From Lama glama (lineage: Eukaryota), in contig CM052816.1 in NCBI GenBank assembly GCA_028534125.1, positions 55,554,001 through 55,618,000 of the forward strand: a DNA stretch of 64,000 nt. Direction: 5' to 3'. Positions 41,801-52,290 of this stretch are shown here, piece by piece (the stretch's first letter is position 1; the number at the start of each line of letters is the position of its first letter). Position numbers and translations under genes: made by a program. Below the pieces are notes generated by a model. That model worked only from the letters and a program-made list of their open reading frames with translations. It searched no databases and was not told where the DNA came from.

Positions 41801-44461
41801 TTTTTTGAAGGGGGAGATGTTTAATTACTAATTTAATTTTTTCCTTGTTATAGGTCTGTTTAGATTTCCTATATTTTCTTAAGTCAGTTTTGGAAAATTG
41901 CAAATTTCTAGAAATTTGTCCAATTTATTGGGATTTGTTTTAAAATACTCTACCCTCTACTTCCAAAATTTAGTAGGAGGAGGTTAGTGAGATATATGAA
42001 ACAATATTTGCAAGAATGTTGATAACTGTTGATGTTGGGTGATGACTAACTGGGATTTACTTTACTATTCTATTTTTGAGTATGTTTAAAGATTTCTGAC
42101 AAACATTTTTAAAAAGTAAATTGCATTGCTATACAGCAGCAACAACTAGAAAATTTTAATTTAAAAAAGATATTTATGATAAACTCTCCCCTCCTCCCAC
42201 ACACAAGAAGAATACGTTATATAAAAGATATGTTTTAACAAAAAAGCAAAGATTCAAGAGTACCTAAGATACTCTTGAAAAAGAACAAAGAGCAAAAAAG
42301 AGAACTTGTTTCATCAGATATCAGGATTTACTATAAAGTACTGTAATTAAGATCATGTTTATAGCACAAGAACAGACAAATAATCCAGTAGAACAGGAGA
42401 AAGCACTGCAGATCAGTAGGAAAAGGATGGACTATTTAATAAATGTTACTGGGGCATAAGGAAGAGAGAGGGAAAATCTGATAGGGACATCCAGGAAAAC
42501 TTAAGATATTCTGTTTCTTAACCTGAAAACTAGGCTCATAGCTTTCATTCTTTTCTTCTCCTTTTAAAAAAATTTTATGATGAAAATTTCAAATAAGTCT
42601 CAAACAGAAAAATATAGAGATTGCTACCATAAATATGTATATGTAAAACTATCACTGAGATTTAACAATTGTTAACATTTTGCCTAATTCCCTTCATTGA
42701 CTTTTTCAGTGAACTGTTTTAAAGTAAATTACAGATATAATGACATTTAGCTATTCAATAAAGTATTTTAGCATGCATCTTTGAAAATGAGGCCATTTTC
42801 CCACATAATCATAACATTTCATAGACAATAAAATTAACAATAATTCCTTAATATTACCTAGTACCCTTTCTATATTCAAATTCCTATGAATGTTCCAAAT
42901 GTGTTTTTTCAAACCAGGACCCAATCAGGTTCCAAATATTATATTTGTTTATTTCATCTACTCACCTTTTACTTTTAAAATTATACCTACATTTTACATA
43001 CTTAAAAATTACTTCCCCCCTAACTTTTTATTTTGGAATCTTTGAATCTTTAAAAGTTCACAGAGTAGTACAATGAACACCTACATGTCCTCACTTAGAT
43101 TCACCAGTTGTTAACATTCTGCTACATTTTCTCGTACGTGTGCACACACACACATACACATGCTCTCTCTTTCCCTACCCGCCTTTTTTGGCTAACCCAT
43201 GTGAAAGTAAGTTGCTATGGATATCAGCATGCATTTCTTAAGAATAAGGCTATTCTCTTAAATTTTACATCTTTCTGCATGAAAATTTCATAACATACAA
43301 ACAAAACCAAAAAAGTAGTAGGAAAAAACCATTAAAGAATTCTTTTATGGTCTTGGAAAAAGCCATACATAGTTAACTAATTCAAGCAAACAAAACACTT
43401 TTGCACAGGATAAACTGCCATAAGCAAAGTCAAAAGGTAAAAACAATAATCTGGTGGAAAATTGTACAAAGGGTAAGAAGATACAGTTTGTGAAAAAGGA
43501 AATACAAATAGCTCTTAAGCATATGAAAAAAGACACACAATCTCACTTTTCAGAAGAGAAATGCAAATTAATGCTACACTATGTAACCATAGACTGGCAA
43601 ATCCAAAAGTGTAGTAACACACTTGTTGGTACAGTTGCAGCATGGTAAGACACACTCACATACATTGGCAGTGGAGATGTAAATTGATACAGCCACTATG
43701 GAGGGCAACTGGGCAAGTCGTTAAAATTGCACACGCATATATCCTTTCATGCTATCTGTATTTGGGGGAACAATTCCACTTCTGGGAATCTCTCCTATAA
43801 TTACATTTGCACATATGTAAAGTCCGATGAAACATAAGTTCATTCACTATAGTATTGTTTGAAAAAATTAAAGTCGAAAAATGACTTATATGTCCCTTAA
43901 TAAAGATTCTGACTGGTTCAATACATTATAGTATATCCACATATGCAGGCATAAAAAAAGAATGAAGATTTTTAATATCTTATACAGAAAGACTTCCAAG
44001 ATATATTAACTAAAACAAAAAGAAAAAATACAATTGTGGTATTCTCCTACTGGGGTTAAAAAAAGGTGAAAAAGAACATGTATGTTATTTTGCTTTCGCA
44101 TGCATGTTATAGTTTGTGAAGTAGAAAACTGGATGGCAAGAACAACAGAATAGAAGGGAGACTATTCTGTACCCATTGTAGTGTAACAATATTATATATT
44201 AAAATATTAAAAATTATAATAAAAAGGATATTTAAAACTTACTGGTTTTCTTTTCAACAGAAAGCTTAAAAATTACTAAAATATTGAAAGAAGCAAGAAA
44301 CATACCTTTGTGGCTTCCATTATAATCTTGTTAATTTTTTCTTTGTCTAATCCTTCCATTCCGGCTTTATTATCATTAAGTCCCATCCTAAGCAGAATAT
44401 CATCTTTGTAACTGTCATTCTTCTCCTCTGTGCAGTCACTCTTTTCCTTTGTGCTATCCAT
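8825..44461 (-). CDS. POLK: DNA polymerase kappa (Y-family translesion polymerase), whole spliced CDS: 14 coding exons, 2637 nt, 878 aa
   Basis: Exons splice in frame (156+120+153+132+154+237+125+167+33+97+172+963+43+85=2637). Motifs present: [31 protein letters not shown] (RIR), two CPVC...HVDxC UBZ fingers, HTLDVFFK (PIP). Confidence 0.98.
9062..9150 (-). mobile_element. tRNA-Ala-derived SINE (camelid Vic-1-like) with 13-bp target-site duplication
   Basis: Minus strand ggtagagcgcttgcttagcatgctcgagatctgggctcaatccccc...cctcca resembles tRNA-Ala(AGC); ataacaattttat at 9049-9061 and 9151-9163. Confidence 0.85.
9197..9239 (-). CDS. POLK: POLK penultimate coding exon ([15 protein letters not shown])
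   Basis: ctctaaag| acceptor and AG|gtatgg donor; 43 nt; phases fit the neighbouring exons. Confidence 0.92.
9823..10785 (-). CDS. POLK: POLK large exon: REV1-interacting region and two UBZ zinc fingers
   Basis: ORF 9785-10783; tttag| acceptor at 10786; G|gtgagt donor at 9822; 963 nt. Confidence 0.97.
10969..11036. repeat. 34-bp tandem duplication (one mismatch)
   Basis: atagaaatt[t/a]agtatcctttataaagctacgtat at 10969-11002 and 11003-11036. Confidence 0.95.
11160..11797 (-). mobile_element. 5'-truncated L1 (L1MC-like 3' end) with target-site duplication
   Basis: Poly-T tail on +; agtacagagagttcccatat...; tcttcagctc flanks both ends (11150-11159, 11798-11807). Confidence 0.85.
12516..12687 (-). 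CDS. POLK: POLK exon ([18 protein letters not shown]...LRLRLMG), little finger/PAD
   Basis: gttatag| acceptor and G|gtatga donor; 172 nt. Confidence 0.97.
13120..14050 (+). mobile_element. L1MB/L1MC 3'-end fragments with an internal ~70-bp tandem duplication (~13855-13996)
   Basis: tttggatgatgaaaaaagtt-like and cttaatgccactaaaatgtatacttaaaaatagttaaaatggtaa motifs; tgggtatactggaaatct occurs twice. Confidence 0.75.
14636..14732 (-). CDS. POLK: POLK exon ([32 protein letters not shown])
   Basis: tttctag| acceptor and AAG|gtactt donor; 97 nt. Confidence 0.96.
15829..16247 (+). mobile_element. MaLR solo LTR (MLT1C/D-like) inserted in an old minus-strand L1ME (~15370-16540)
   Basis: tgtagtaggcaaaataacggtccccaaagatgtcc...gactttgcagatgtggttaa...aataaacttgtgttgttttaagccactaaatttgtggtaatttgtta. 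Confidence 0.88.
17341..17373 (-). CDS. POLK: POLK 33-nt micro-exon ([12 protein letters not shown])
   Basis: tttcaag| acceptor and AG|gtaata donor; conserved RKSMSVER motif. Confidence 0.95.
19533..19699 (-). CDS. POLK: POLK exon ([17 protein letters not shown]...GLGSTHLE), thumb/HhH
   Basis: tttctag| acceptor and AG|gtatct donor; 167 nt. Confidence 0.97.
19973..20296 (-). mobile_element. Truncated L1 3' end (L1MA-like) with 12-bp TSD, nested in a probable hAT-Charlie MITE (~19860-20470)
   Basis: aattgaagtatagttgacgtacaacatt...cctctggcaacc; taggataaacaa at 19961-19972 and 20297-20308. Confidence 0.8.
20776..20915 (-). mobile_element. tRNA-Ala-derived SINE (Vic-1-like) with (TAAA)n tail
   Basis: ggggattgaatccaggacctcatacatgctaagcacacactctattactgagctatacccc preceded on + by (ttta)n. 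Confidence 0.88.
21314..21438 (-). CDS. POLK: POLK exon ([21 protein letters not shown]...DLPIRK)
   Basis: tttaag| acceptor and AAG|gtgaga donor; 125 nt. Confidence 0.97.
22603..22839 (-). CDS. POLK: POLK exon ([25 protein letters not shown]...KTTLTASA-G)
   Basis: atttag| acceptor and G|gtactt donor; 237 nt. Confidence 0.95.
23852..24863 (-). mobile_element. Young lineage-specific L1 (3' UTR plus ORF2 part), interrupted by an assembly gap
   Basis: Long poly-T tail on +; ORF2 peptide [34 protein letters not shown]...[10 protein letters not shown] is open. Confidence 0.92.
24215..24714. other. Assembly gap (500 N)
   Basis: Run of N. Confidence 1.
26598..26751 (-). CDS. POLK: POLK exon containing the catalytic SLDE motif
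   Basis: [28 protein letters not shown]...; tttgaag| acceptor and G|gtaagc donor; 154 nt. Confidence 0.97.
29367..29498 (-). CDS. POLK: POLK exon ([44 protein letters not shown]), fingers
   Basis: tttcag| acceptor and GAG|gtaagt donor; 132 nt. Confidence 0.97.
30579..30985 (+). mobile_element. MaLR LTR (MLT1G/H-like)
   Basis: tgtggtagattg...gtgactcactttgaccaaaagaatgtg...ctgctcaaactacagaatcacgagcaaata...ccactaagt. Confidence 0.7.
31481..31682. mobile_element. MER58A-like hAT-Charlie MITE
   Basis: gccaaactttttctgtaaagg...ctgtgttccaataaaattttatttacaaaaaaaggcagcaggctggatttggcc...gtttgcaaacctctg. Confidence 0.85.
31971..32123 (-). CDS. POLK: POLK exon with the catalytic DMD motif and steric-gate Tyr ([51 protein letters not shown])
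   Basis: aattaag| acceptor and TTG|gtaagt donor; 153 nt. Confidence 0.97.
33805..34180 (+). mobile_element. Two adjacent L1 3'-end fragments
   Basis: ggtataaaataaatgtgtcctgaggatgaaatgtacagca...ttgaatcactatattgtgcacctggaactaata, poly-A, then gatctggagtctaaagtacagc...aatcttaaaggttctcacca. Confidence 0.75.
34970..35410. mobile_element. Two oppositely oriented MIR fragments
   Basis: tctgccacttattagttacatgatagtgggcaagttaacc (+); ctcattttacaagtgaaactaaagcttagtaaggttatgtaatttgccctaagtcatacagc (-). Confidence 0.7.
36380..37980 (+). mobile_element. Old L1ME fragment interrupted by an ERVL/MaLR-type LTR (~37110-37580)
   Basis: aataaatagtgctgggacaa; aaattccagatggattaaagat; LTR-like ttcttgcatttaggtgtggccg...ataaactcttattttatttgaaccattacattttgggg. 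Confidence 0.6.
38324..38547 (-). mobile_element. Short L1 3' end (cetartiodactyl type) with 10-bp TSD
   Basis: tgaaatatagttgatttac...gtgattcagttata...ccctgtgctacacagtaggtccttg; tcttctcaaa at 38314-38323 and 38548-38557. Confidence 0.85.
39172..39291 (-). CDS. POLK: POLK exon, N-clasp ([40 protein letters not shown])
   Basis: acatag| acceptor and CAG|gtatta donor; 120 nt. Confidence 0.97.
39510..39997 (+). mobile_element. Probable ERV1-class solo LTR
   Basis: ~490-bp block, higher in GC than its flanks, abutting a MIR; 3' part ctgcaattctcagctgatccc...gcagagaaatagctggc...ttgttttaggtcaa resembles laurasiatherian ERV1 LTR U5. Confidence 0.6.
40090..41930 (-). mobile_element. Old L1 (L1MB/L1M4-like) ORF2/3' fragment
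   Basis: Remnant peptide [10 protein letters not shown]...ELPYD...[30 protein letters not shown]; catccttgccttgctcctgat; gcttttctgcatctattga-like motif. Confidence 0.88.
41930..44160. mobile_element. Mosaic of L1ME/L1MC fragments
   Basis: aaatgcaaattaatgctacact; aattgatacagccactatggagggcaactgggcaa; caattccacttctgggaatct. Confidence 0.6.
44306..44461 (-). CDS. POLK: POLK first coding exon ([52 protein letters not shown])
   Basis: accATGG Kozak context; AAG|gtatgt donor; 156 coding nt; T-tract acceptor region upstream. Confidence 0.97.
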
Positions 44462-44916
44462 GGTGTAAACTTGATGTTAAAAAAAAAAAGGTAAACTTAA
44501 AGTTACAATGGCTTTTTTATTATTTGAAAATGTATCACAACAAACACACTTCAAAGCAGTCGTGGAGGGTGGGGTTGAGAGGGGAGGTGGACACTTAAAA
44601 TGATAAAGAAATCAACAAATTAAAAATGACAGTTAAGGATTTTTAGCTATTCAGAAATAATTATTACGTAGAGTTTAAAATTATTATCCCAAGATTATTA
44701 TACTCTTGGAGGGAAGAAAGGAATTAACATTTCTTGCTAACTCTGTGCCATTAACTATGTCTGGTGCTTTACACTTGAATTTCACACAGCAGCCCTGAGA
44801 GGTAGATATTATTATCTCGGATATAAAGAGAAAAGAAACCTGACTCTTAGAACGTGTTTACTCACAGAAATTTGATAAGTGACAACATCTGTGTTGAAAC
44901 CCAAGTCTAAGTTCAT

Positions 44917-44959
44917 TTTTTTTTATAACTTTTTTTATTGAGTTATAGTCATTTTACAA
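44917..44959 (-). mobile_element. Extremely truncated (~43 bp) young L1 tail with 9-bp TSD
   Basis: tttttattgagttatagtcattttacaa matches the terminus of the L1 at ~23885; taagttcat at 44908-44916 and 44960-44968. Confidence 0.85.
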
Positions 44960-45564
44960 TAAGTTCATGTTTTCCCCATATTAAACACAATATAAGAAGT
45001 AAATACAAAATAACAATTCCCCTACTAAATGTTAAGTTCAACAGCATTTATTACCTACTGTTTGCAGAGATCCATTCTTAAATCAGTGAAAAAATACAGA
45101 AAAAAATCTATTCACATCCAGGAAATTATTACATTTTACAATGTTATGTCACTGCTAAGGTTAATCTCAAACAATAATTCTTTAATATCTCTATAACGTT
45201 CTTTATAATTTACCTTCACACATTAGCTTTCAGAAACAATGATAACAACCATGCAAAACAGATTTGCTTTTTCTCATGTTAGGGAGAAAGAAATTGGAAT
45301 TTCAGGAAGGTTAAATGAATTGCCCACCACTACTCTGATAATAAATTAAAGAGCTGGGATTTGAATTCAAGTCTTCTTATTCTTATTATTTAAGTCTAAC
45401 ACAAGTATGTCATCACAGCTTCCTTCAATTTGGGGTTCACTTGTGTTATAAATAAGCAGTCAGGTAAATGGCTGCTGTGAATCCACAACAAATTATGACA
45501 GTGACTTCTCACTTGTATGATTTATAGAGGGCTCGTTTACTCTACTTTGCGTTGAAGACTTGCC

Positions 45565-45990
45565 CCCTTTCCCTCCCCTCCCCTCCCCTCCTCCACTCCC
45601 TTGCTCCCTCCCCTTCCCTTTTCTTTTCTTTCTAGTTCACAACCATCACCACACATAAGTACAGATATTTTTTTCTTGTGATGAGAACTTTTAAGATCTA
45701 CTGTCAGCAATTTTCACGTATACAATACAGTATTAACTATAGTCACCATGCTGTATATCGCATCTCCATGACATTTATTTTACAATTCAAAGTTTGTATC
45801 TTTTGACTCCCTTTTCCCATTTCCCCCAACCACCTACCCCCATCTCTCCACTCCTCCTGCCACCCCCACCTCTGGCAACCATCAATCTCTGTGAGTTGTT
45901 TTTTGTTTTTGTTCTAACATTTCACATATAAGTGAGATCTACGGTGTCAGCCTTTCTCTAACTTATTTCACTTAGCGAAATGCCCTCACG
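45565..45990 (-). mobile_element. L1MA-like 3' end preceded by a (CCCCT)n pyrimidine tract
   Basis: gtgatgagaacttttaagatctact...tattaactatagtcaccatgctgta...cttatttcacttagc. Confidence 0.8.
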
Positions 45991-46120
45991 AGGACCTTTC
46001 CTTGGTAGCTGCTTCCATTTTAGACACCAGCAAAGAATAAAATAAATTACAGAAGGAAATTTAAATACTGTGATTATCAGTAATAGTTTCAATAGAAAAA
46101 AAAATAGCATATGTACATCA

Positions 46121-46290
46121 CAGTAGTTCTCAAACTTTGCTGCACATCAGACTTACCTGGAGGGACTTTAAAACTCTTGATGCCTAGGCTGTATCCCACA
46201 CCAAATAAAGCAGGTCTGGGAGTAGAAGCCAGACAACAGAATTTTGAAGAGATGCCTAAGTAATTACAGTGTGCCTCAAAGAACAGGACT
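46121..46290. mobile_element. MER5A-like hAT-Charlie MITE
   Basis: cagtagttctcaaactttgctgcacatcagacttacctggaggg...gatgcctaggctg. Confidence 0.7.
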
Positions 46291-46799
46291 CTCTGGTGAT
46301 GCTGTTTCTCAGCACCTAAGAGAATTCAGGTGGGTTTTTTTCTGTTCTTATCATTGAATTGTTTTCTTTTCAGCTATCACATTCAGCCTAATACTATCCT
46401 GTATTTTGCCTTACGCTTTAGTAATCCAGTAACTTGTCATTCTCTAGTAAAACAGGTGAATGTAATTTATTCATAATTTCCCCAAACCAATACTACTCAA
46501 TAGTGAAGTGGCCAAATGCAGGTCTCTTATATTTAAGCTGCTTTGTCCTTTAAATGAGGAAATGCACAAAAGGAAAAGAAACATTTATTAAATTCCTGCT
46601 ACTCCACATATAGTACAGTACTTAGCCCCCAAACTCTGAGAATTGATTTTGGTCCTTAATTGGTCAGAAGAACTGGGCTATCAGCAGTCCTGGCACATGG
46701 CAAAGCTGTGAGATGGGTAAAGGTTTCAGCTACCTTCCCGGCTTGTTGACACCCAGTCACTAGGCAACGCATGTCCAGTTTCATGCGCACAGATTTACT

Positions 46800-47815
46800 A
46801 TCATCCACATGTGAATGACTTTCAAGTTTACAGCTTCAGTCCAAATGCCTGTCTGACGTACCAAATTTAACATGTCCACAACTGACCTCCTCTACTTCCA
46901 ACCCTCAAACCAGCTCTACTTGCAGCCTTCCTCATCTCAGCTGAGGGCAACTCTAATCCCTTCCAATAGCTCATGCAAACAACCTAATAACCCTGCAGTC
47001 ATTCTTGACCCTCCTCTTTCTCATATACCCACATCCAAACTGTCATGTAACCCTACGGACTCTGTTTTCAAAATATACCCTGAATTTAACCCCCTCTCAC
47101 CATCTTCATTGCTTACACTCTAGTCTGAACCACCATCGTTTCTTGCATAGATGATTGCAGTAGCCTCTTAAATGGTCTCTGTTCCTGCCCTTCCCTCCTA
47201 CAGTCAATTATCAACACAGTAGCCCAACGGATTTTTCTAAATCATGTTAAGTCATGTTACTCCTCTGCTGAAAACTGTACAAAGGCACCTCAATTCACTC
47301 CAGAATAAAACCCCAAATCTTTACAGAACCTGTATCCCTATGACCTGTTACCTGTCTACCTTCATTCCTGTCTAATACTCTCTTACCCTTGCTTACTGCT
47401 TTCCAGCTTTGCTATTCCTCAAATCTGCAAGGCACACTCTGACCTTGTGGCCTTTTGCACTGGCTGTTCCTTTTTCCCCCTAGGGTTTTTCGGCCAGATA
47501 TCCTCTTGATTAAATTCCTTATCTCCTTCAAGTGTTGGCTTAAATGTCACCTTCTCAATGCTACTTTGACATCCCTATTTAAAATTGCAGCCTCATTACC
47601 CTTTCTACCCACTCTTTCCAGTGCTCCATTGTTTTTCATAGCCCTTATCACTCCCTAACCTAAGTTTAGTTATTATTATGTGTATTGCCTATCTCCCCTG
47701 CAAACTCCATGACAGCAGGGATTTTTTTTTTTTTTCTCCAACTGATGTATACCAAATGCCTCAAACAGTGCCTGGCACAGAGTAGGTGATCAGTAAACAT
47801 TCGTTAAATGACTGA
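46800..47815 (+). mobile_element. LINE-2 (L2a-like) 3' kilobase
   Basis: aacatgtccacaactgacctcc; gtcattcttgaccctcctctttctc; ends aacagtgcctggcacagagtaggtgatcagtaaacattcgttaaatgactgaa. Confidence 0.88.
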
Positions 47816-50800
47816 ACTCAGTTTTCTGTCATTTTTTTCATTCTTTTATTCACATAGGAAGGTCACATAGTCACATTAAAAGACTGGGAGAAAAACTGCT
47901 TTTCTGAAGTTAATAACTTTAAAATACTTGTAGTTTTCCCTTAATTCAACATTGCATATATAAGGACAAGTATTCAAGCTCAACAACTTTCGATTTTTAT
48001 AAATGTTATTTTCCTACAACATTTAATGGGTAAATTGGTTTATTAAAGCTTTTTGGACTTGTATTATAAGACTATTTTGAATTTACATATTAGAATGCTT
48101 GCTGGGTTCCATTAAATATTCAATAATTCTAGCTTGTATTGATACTTCAGGAAATTTAGTTACCTTGTTAATTTCTTTGATTAAATATTTTCAATTATAT
48201 CGAAATCTAAGAAAATCACTGGAGAAAGGTAATAAACAACATACTAAGTTTAGTATATTTGGATCCCTATGAGTTCCTTTTGGTACTATCATTTATGTTA
48301 CTGTGGTGAGCCTGCTTTTGCTTTTATTGCTTAGTATTTCTGTTATTTTCAAATTTCTAAAATTTCTTGTTAGTACTGGTTATCTGTGCTCTTCCCATTA
48401 GTTCTCACTGAGTTTCTTTATCCAGAAATACACAAATTGAAAAGAAGAGCTCCTAGCAGAGATGATCACAAAATATCACAAAGAATGATGATTTTCCCTA
48501 TTTTTCTGAGAAGTGAGATTTAATACTACTTCAAATGGCTTTGTAAGGGCACCATATAATCGCCTAGTATGGTGTTTGGTATATAACAAACTCTCAATCA
48601 ATACTTATTATTAAATTGAAGCCAAATTTCCAGAACTGTAAAAATCACTAGTCTTACTTTCCTTATTTCTAAGATAAGGCGACTATAAAAGGGAACAGGG
48701 TACATGACAAGCATCTTTGAGAAAAAGCCGACATTCAAAGATGATATAGAAGAATTTTATTTGTTTTGCTTCCAAAGAAACATTTGCCCTATGATTACTG
48801 TGCACTATCACATAGAGAGTCCCAAAGCCTATGAATGGATATAACTGTAACATTATAAACAAAAGTTTTTTTGAGAAAGAAAACAGTGAAACATTTTTAC
48901 AACTTGATATTATAGAATACAGTCTGTTTCACTTCAATTCAGAAGCACAAACAGTAATGCACAACTCAAAGGAAAAAACTCTGGGTTTCTGTGGTTTAGC
49001 ATATTGGTCTGAAAGCACATTTTCTCTGAAAATATTCAAATTCTTCCTGTCTGATTCTACCACTGACTATTCAAGTTACCACTTAAAAAATGTAAGAGTA
49101 ACCTCTGTTTTTGGTGATAGTAAGAATGGGAATTTAAAACTTTTCAAAAGGAATTCTAAGGAAGAAGTTTTGCGTGGTAGGTTTCCTCCTACCTACAAAA
49201 AAGCACACAAAACTATGTACATAATATCACAAGTGCTCCACATACTGACAAAAGTTACCTGGAGTAATCTACCAGGAAATAGGCAAAATATGCTAAGGGT
49301 AACAGGAGAAAGCAGAACCAAGACGGAGGGGAAGGAAGAGAGGGAAGACAGCTAGGAGGGAAAACTAAACTATAGTAAGTCCCTAGGTGGAGCTTGCTTC
49401 CTATTTTGAGCATACTATAAATAACCAAACTCAGTAACTTCTCCAGAAAACCTTTAAATGTCTTAAGAACAAATATTATTTTAAATACCCCAAGTGTTCA
49501 AATATTTAATGTTTGTTTAAACAGATTAACCACCCAGGACAAAACTTCAGACTGTGATTAAAGGTTTTCACCATCTAAATTTAAACACAGTGAGATAAAT
49601 TAAGAATATTACCCTAATTTTAATGTGGTAATTTTCAAATTAATGCCTGACTTAAAAATTTTCCTTTTTCATTTTTACTTACTACAAAAATATCTTTTAA
49701 AAAATTTCAAGCAAATTAAAAGATCACAACCCTAAGACTTCAACAGATTATGTTAATCTATTAGCATGTTCCTCTCTAGTTATTTTACACACACACACAT
49801 AAACATATACACTCAAATCACATGCTTTTTTATACGATGGGAATGAAAGCACAGAGGCAACTCTATTTTTAGCTTTAGATTTTAATATCTTTGCAAAATA
49901 AGATGGACAAAAATTTTTAAATTATTTGAGATCAGATTATTTACAAGATTTTAAAATTTACATGTATCAATGAGAGAAATAATAGAAATAATGTAACCCC
50001 ACAAATCTTAAACCAAGGGGACATATGCTAAAAGAATACACAAGTTTTCACCAAGGATTTAAGGTCTACTCTTTAAGAGAGAACCACGCACATATTCTCT
50101 TTAATTGCCTTTTTCCTTCCTAAATTGTCTGTTTATTTAACTTTTTCCAATGAAGAATGAGACAGAAGGTAGTCAGAAAACCTACACTCTACATAATCCT
50201 ACAGATATATAAAATTCACACTTATAGAATAATAAATTGAAACTAACTGCTTCTTTAGTACAGAATGAAAAATAGCCTGATGCAAAACATATTAACTAAA
50301 TGTCATTTCAAAGGTAAATTCCCCAAAGCTAAGTTTGTAAGTTCCTATTTTGATGATGAGATGCATATTTTACAAAAAGTCTTCCAGATTCTTTAACAAT
50401 GAAAATTTTGTTTACTGTCAGAAATAAACACACTCAGGACATTTAACAATTGTGAAAAATCAAGTTTATATCTCATAGAAGCTGATTGTTTCTGGGGATG
50501 TTGATTCATTAGCCCAGAGGTAGGCCAACAGATTCTTGGGTACTAGATCAAGTCGGCAAAAATATTTACTTACATAGACGTGATATCAAATAGGCTAATT
50601 TTGCTTTTAGTTGAGGTATATCGTAAAGTGTACAAATCATAAGGGATAGCTGAACACATATGTTCTTAGAAAAGGATGAAAAAGTTCTCCTGTGGTACCT
50701 GTTTTGGTATTGTAATCATTTTTTAACTTCGATAATCTCAAATGCTAGCATTTTAATATAAAACTGCATAAGAAGCCACAATAATACGGGTGAGTTACAC

Positions 50801-52069
50801 TACTAATGGGAAATTTCAGCTGTTATACTGTTTACTTTGTCCTACATTATTGGAAGGAAAATATTTAATAAAGTCAGAGTTGTACAGGATATTATTCTAT
50901 TTTCTTATCCTGGAAAAAATGATCCTTTCAATTACCTCTTTAGCCAAATTGCTCCAATTTTTTTAAGTCCTAATCTTTATATTATGTCTTGATTCACTCC
51001 TGCTCATTTCTTAGGTTTCTTATAGTTCTAATAGTTTATGGCAGGAGCTTAAAACACTTTTAGCAATGTCACTCTTTTCACATGAAATCTTAAGTAAAAC
51101 CTCTAACTTTTCCTTGAATCTTTGTTCTAAGAATGCTGTGAGCTCTCTTACAATTTCTTTATACATATACTATTACCAATGCAAAAGAATAACTAGGTAG
51201 CCCACCAAAAAGGGAAAGTTAATAATAATCTTCATTTCTTTGGTTCTCCTAATTCCTTAGAAATATCTGTATGAACATTAATATATATTGAAATTGTTAC
51301 CAGCTCCAAGACTGCACTGTTTTCAGATAACAACTGTTTACTATTGATGATTTTTAAAAGATGGTTTCCATAAGAAGATAGGCTTTAAAAATCATTATTG
51401 TTATGTTTTCTTCCTGATCTTATACATGTCTGAAAACCAGAACCCAAAAATCAAACACCAGTAAAATACTACTCCAGAATTTTCCAATCACAGGAAAAAA
51501 ACACTTGCAAGAAGTTGTGATTTTGGAGTGATTAACCCAAAATGATTTAAAACACATCCACGTATCTCCCCCTGCCCTAAAAAATAAAAAAACTCCATCA
51601 TTATCTGACCTTTGTTTAGATCATATTCTGCTAAAAAGAACTTTGGTTTTAAAAATTAACAGATTACAAAGGATCTGGAATTTTCATTAAATTAGCAAAA
51701 ATAATTATTCTTGATGAAATGATCTCTTCTCTTCCCAGGGTTATATGCTATAAATAGAGGGGGGTTAGTGATGTTTTGTTTTTAATGATACTAAATTTGT
51801 TTTGAAGTTTCAAAAACATTAAAGGAAGATTAGTGAAAGGGAGCATGGGTTTAAAAAAAAACTTGTAAAACATTAAGCTACAGTAACTTATGAAACTATC
51901 CTCTGTTACACAATAAAAGTGATTTATGTTAGCTAATGAGAGCTATTAACCCATAAAAGGAAAAGCAGTCTGAACTATTTTTTTCATAATGAGAACTAAA
52001 TATGCCAACTGCTTATTTTAACGTATATAAGACTTATAAATATGAGTTCAGTTCTAAGAGGAATTTTGA

Positions 52070-52290
52070 CATAGTACAAAGAGTGTGTTTTGAAACCAGA
52101 AGACCTGGATTGAAACTGAAACTCTGAATCTTAAGTAGGTGTGTCTTCGTGGGCAATTTACGTGATTTCAAGGTCTATTAATCTTGCTATTCTGGCCTGT
52201 AAAACTTACTTTCCAGGGTTGCTGAGGATTAAATATGTGATATGTAAGAGCCCACAGCACAGTAAATATAGAGTAAGCATGCAGCAAATG
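52070..52290 (+). mobile_element. MIR
   Basis: ccagaagacctggattgaa...ctgtaaaacttacttccagggttgctgaggattaaatatg-like core. Confidence 0.65.

Noticed and set aside
8825..44461. Possibility that POLK is a pseudogene or uses non-canonical introns
   Set aside because: All coding exons splice in frame with GT-AG boundaries and the catalytic residues are intact.
48831..49355. 174-aa ATG-initiated plus-strand ORF antisense to the POLK intron
   Set aside because: No recognisable domain, promoter or splice context, and composition typical of AT-rich non-coding DNA. A BLASTP/PhyloCSF check would be needed to revive it.
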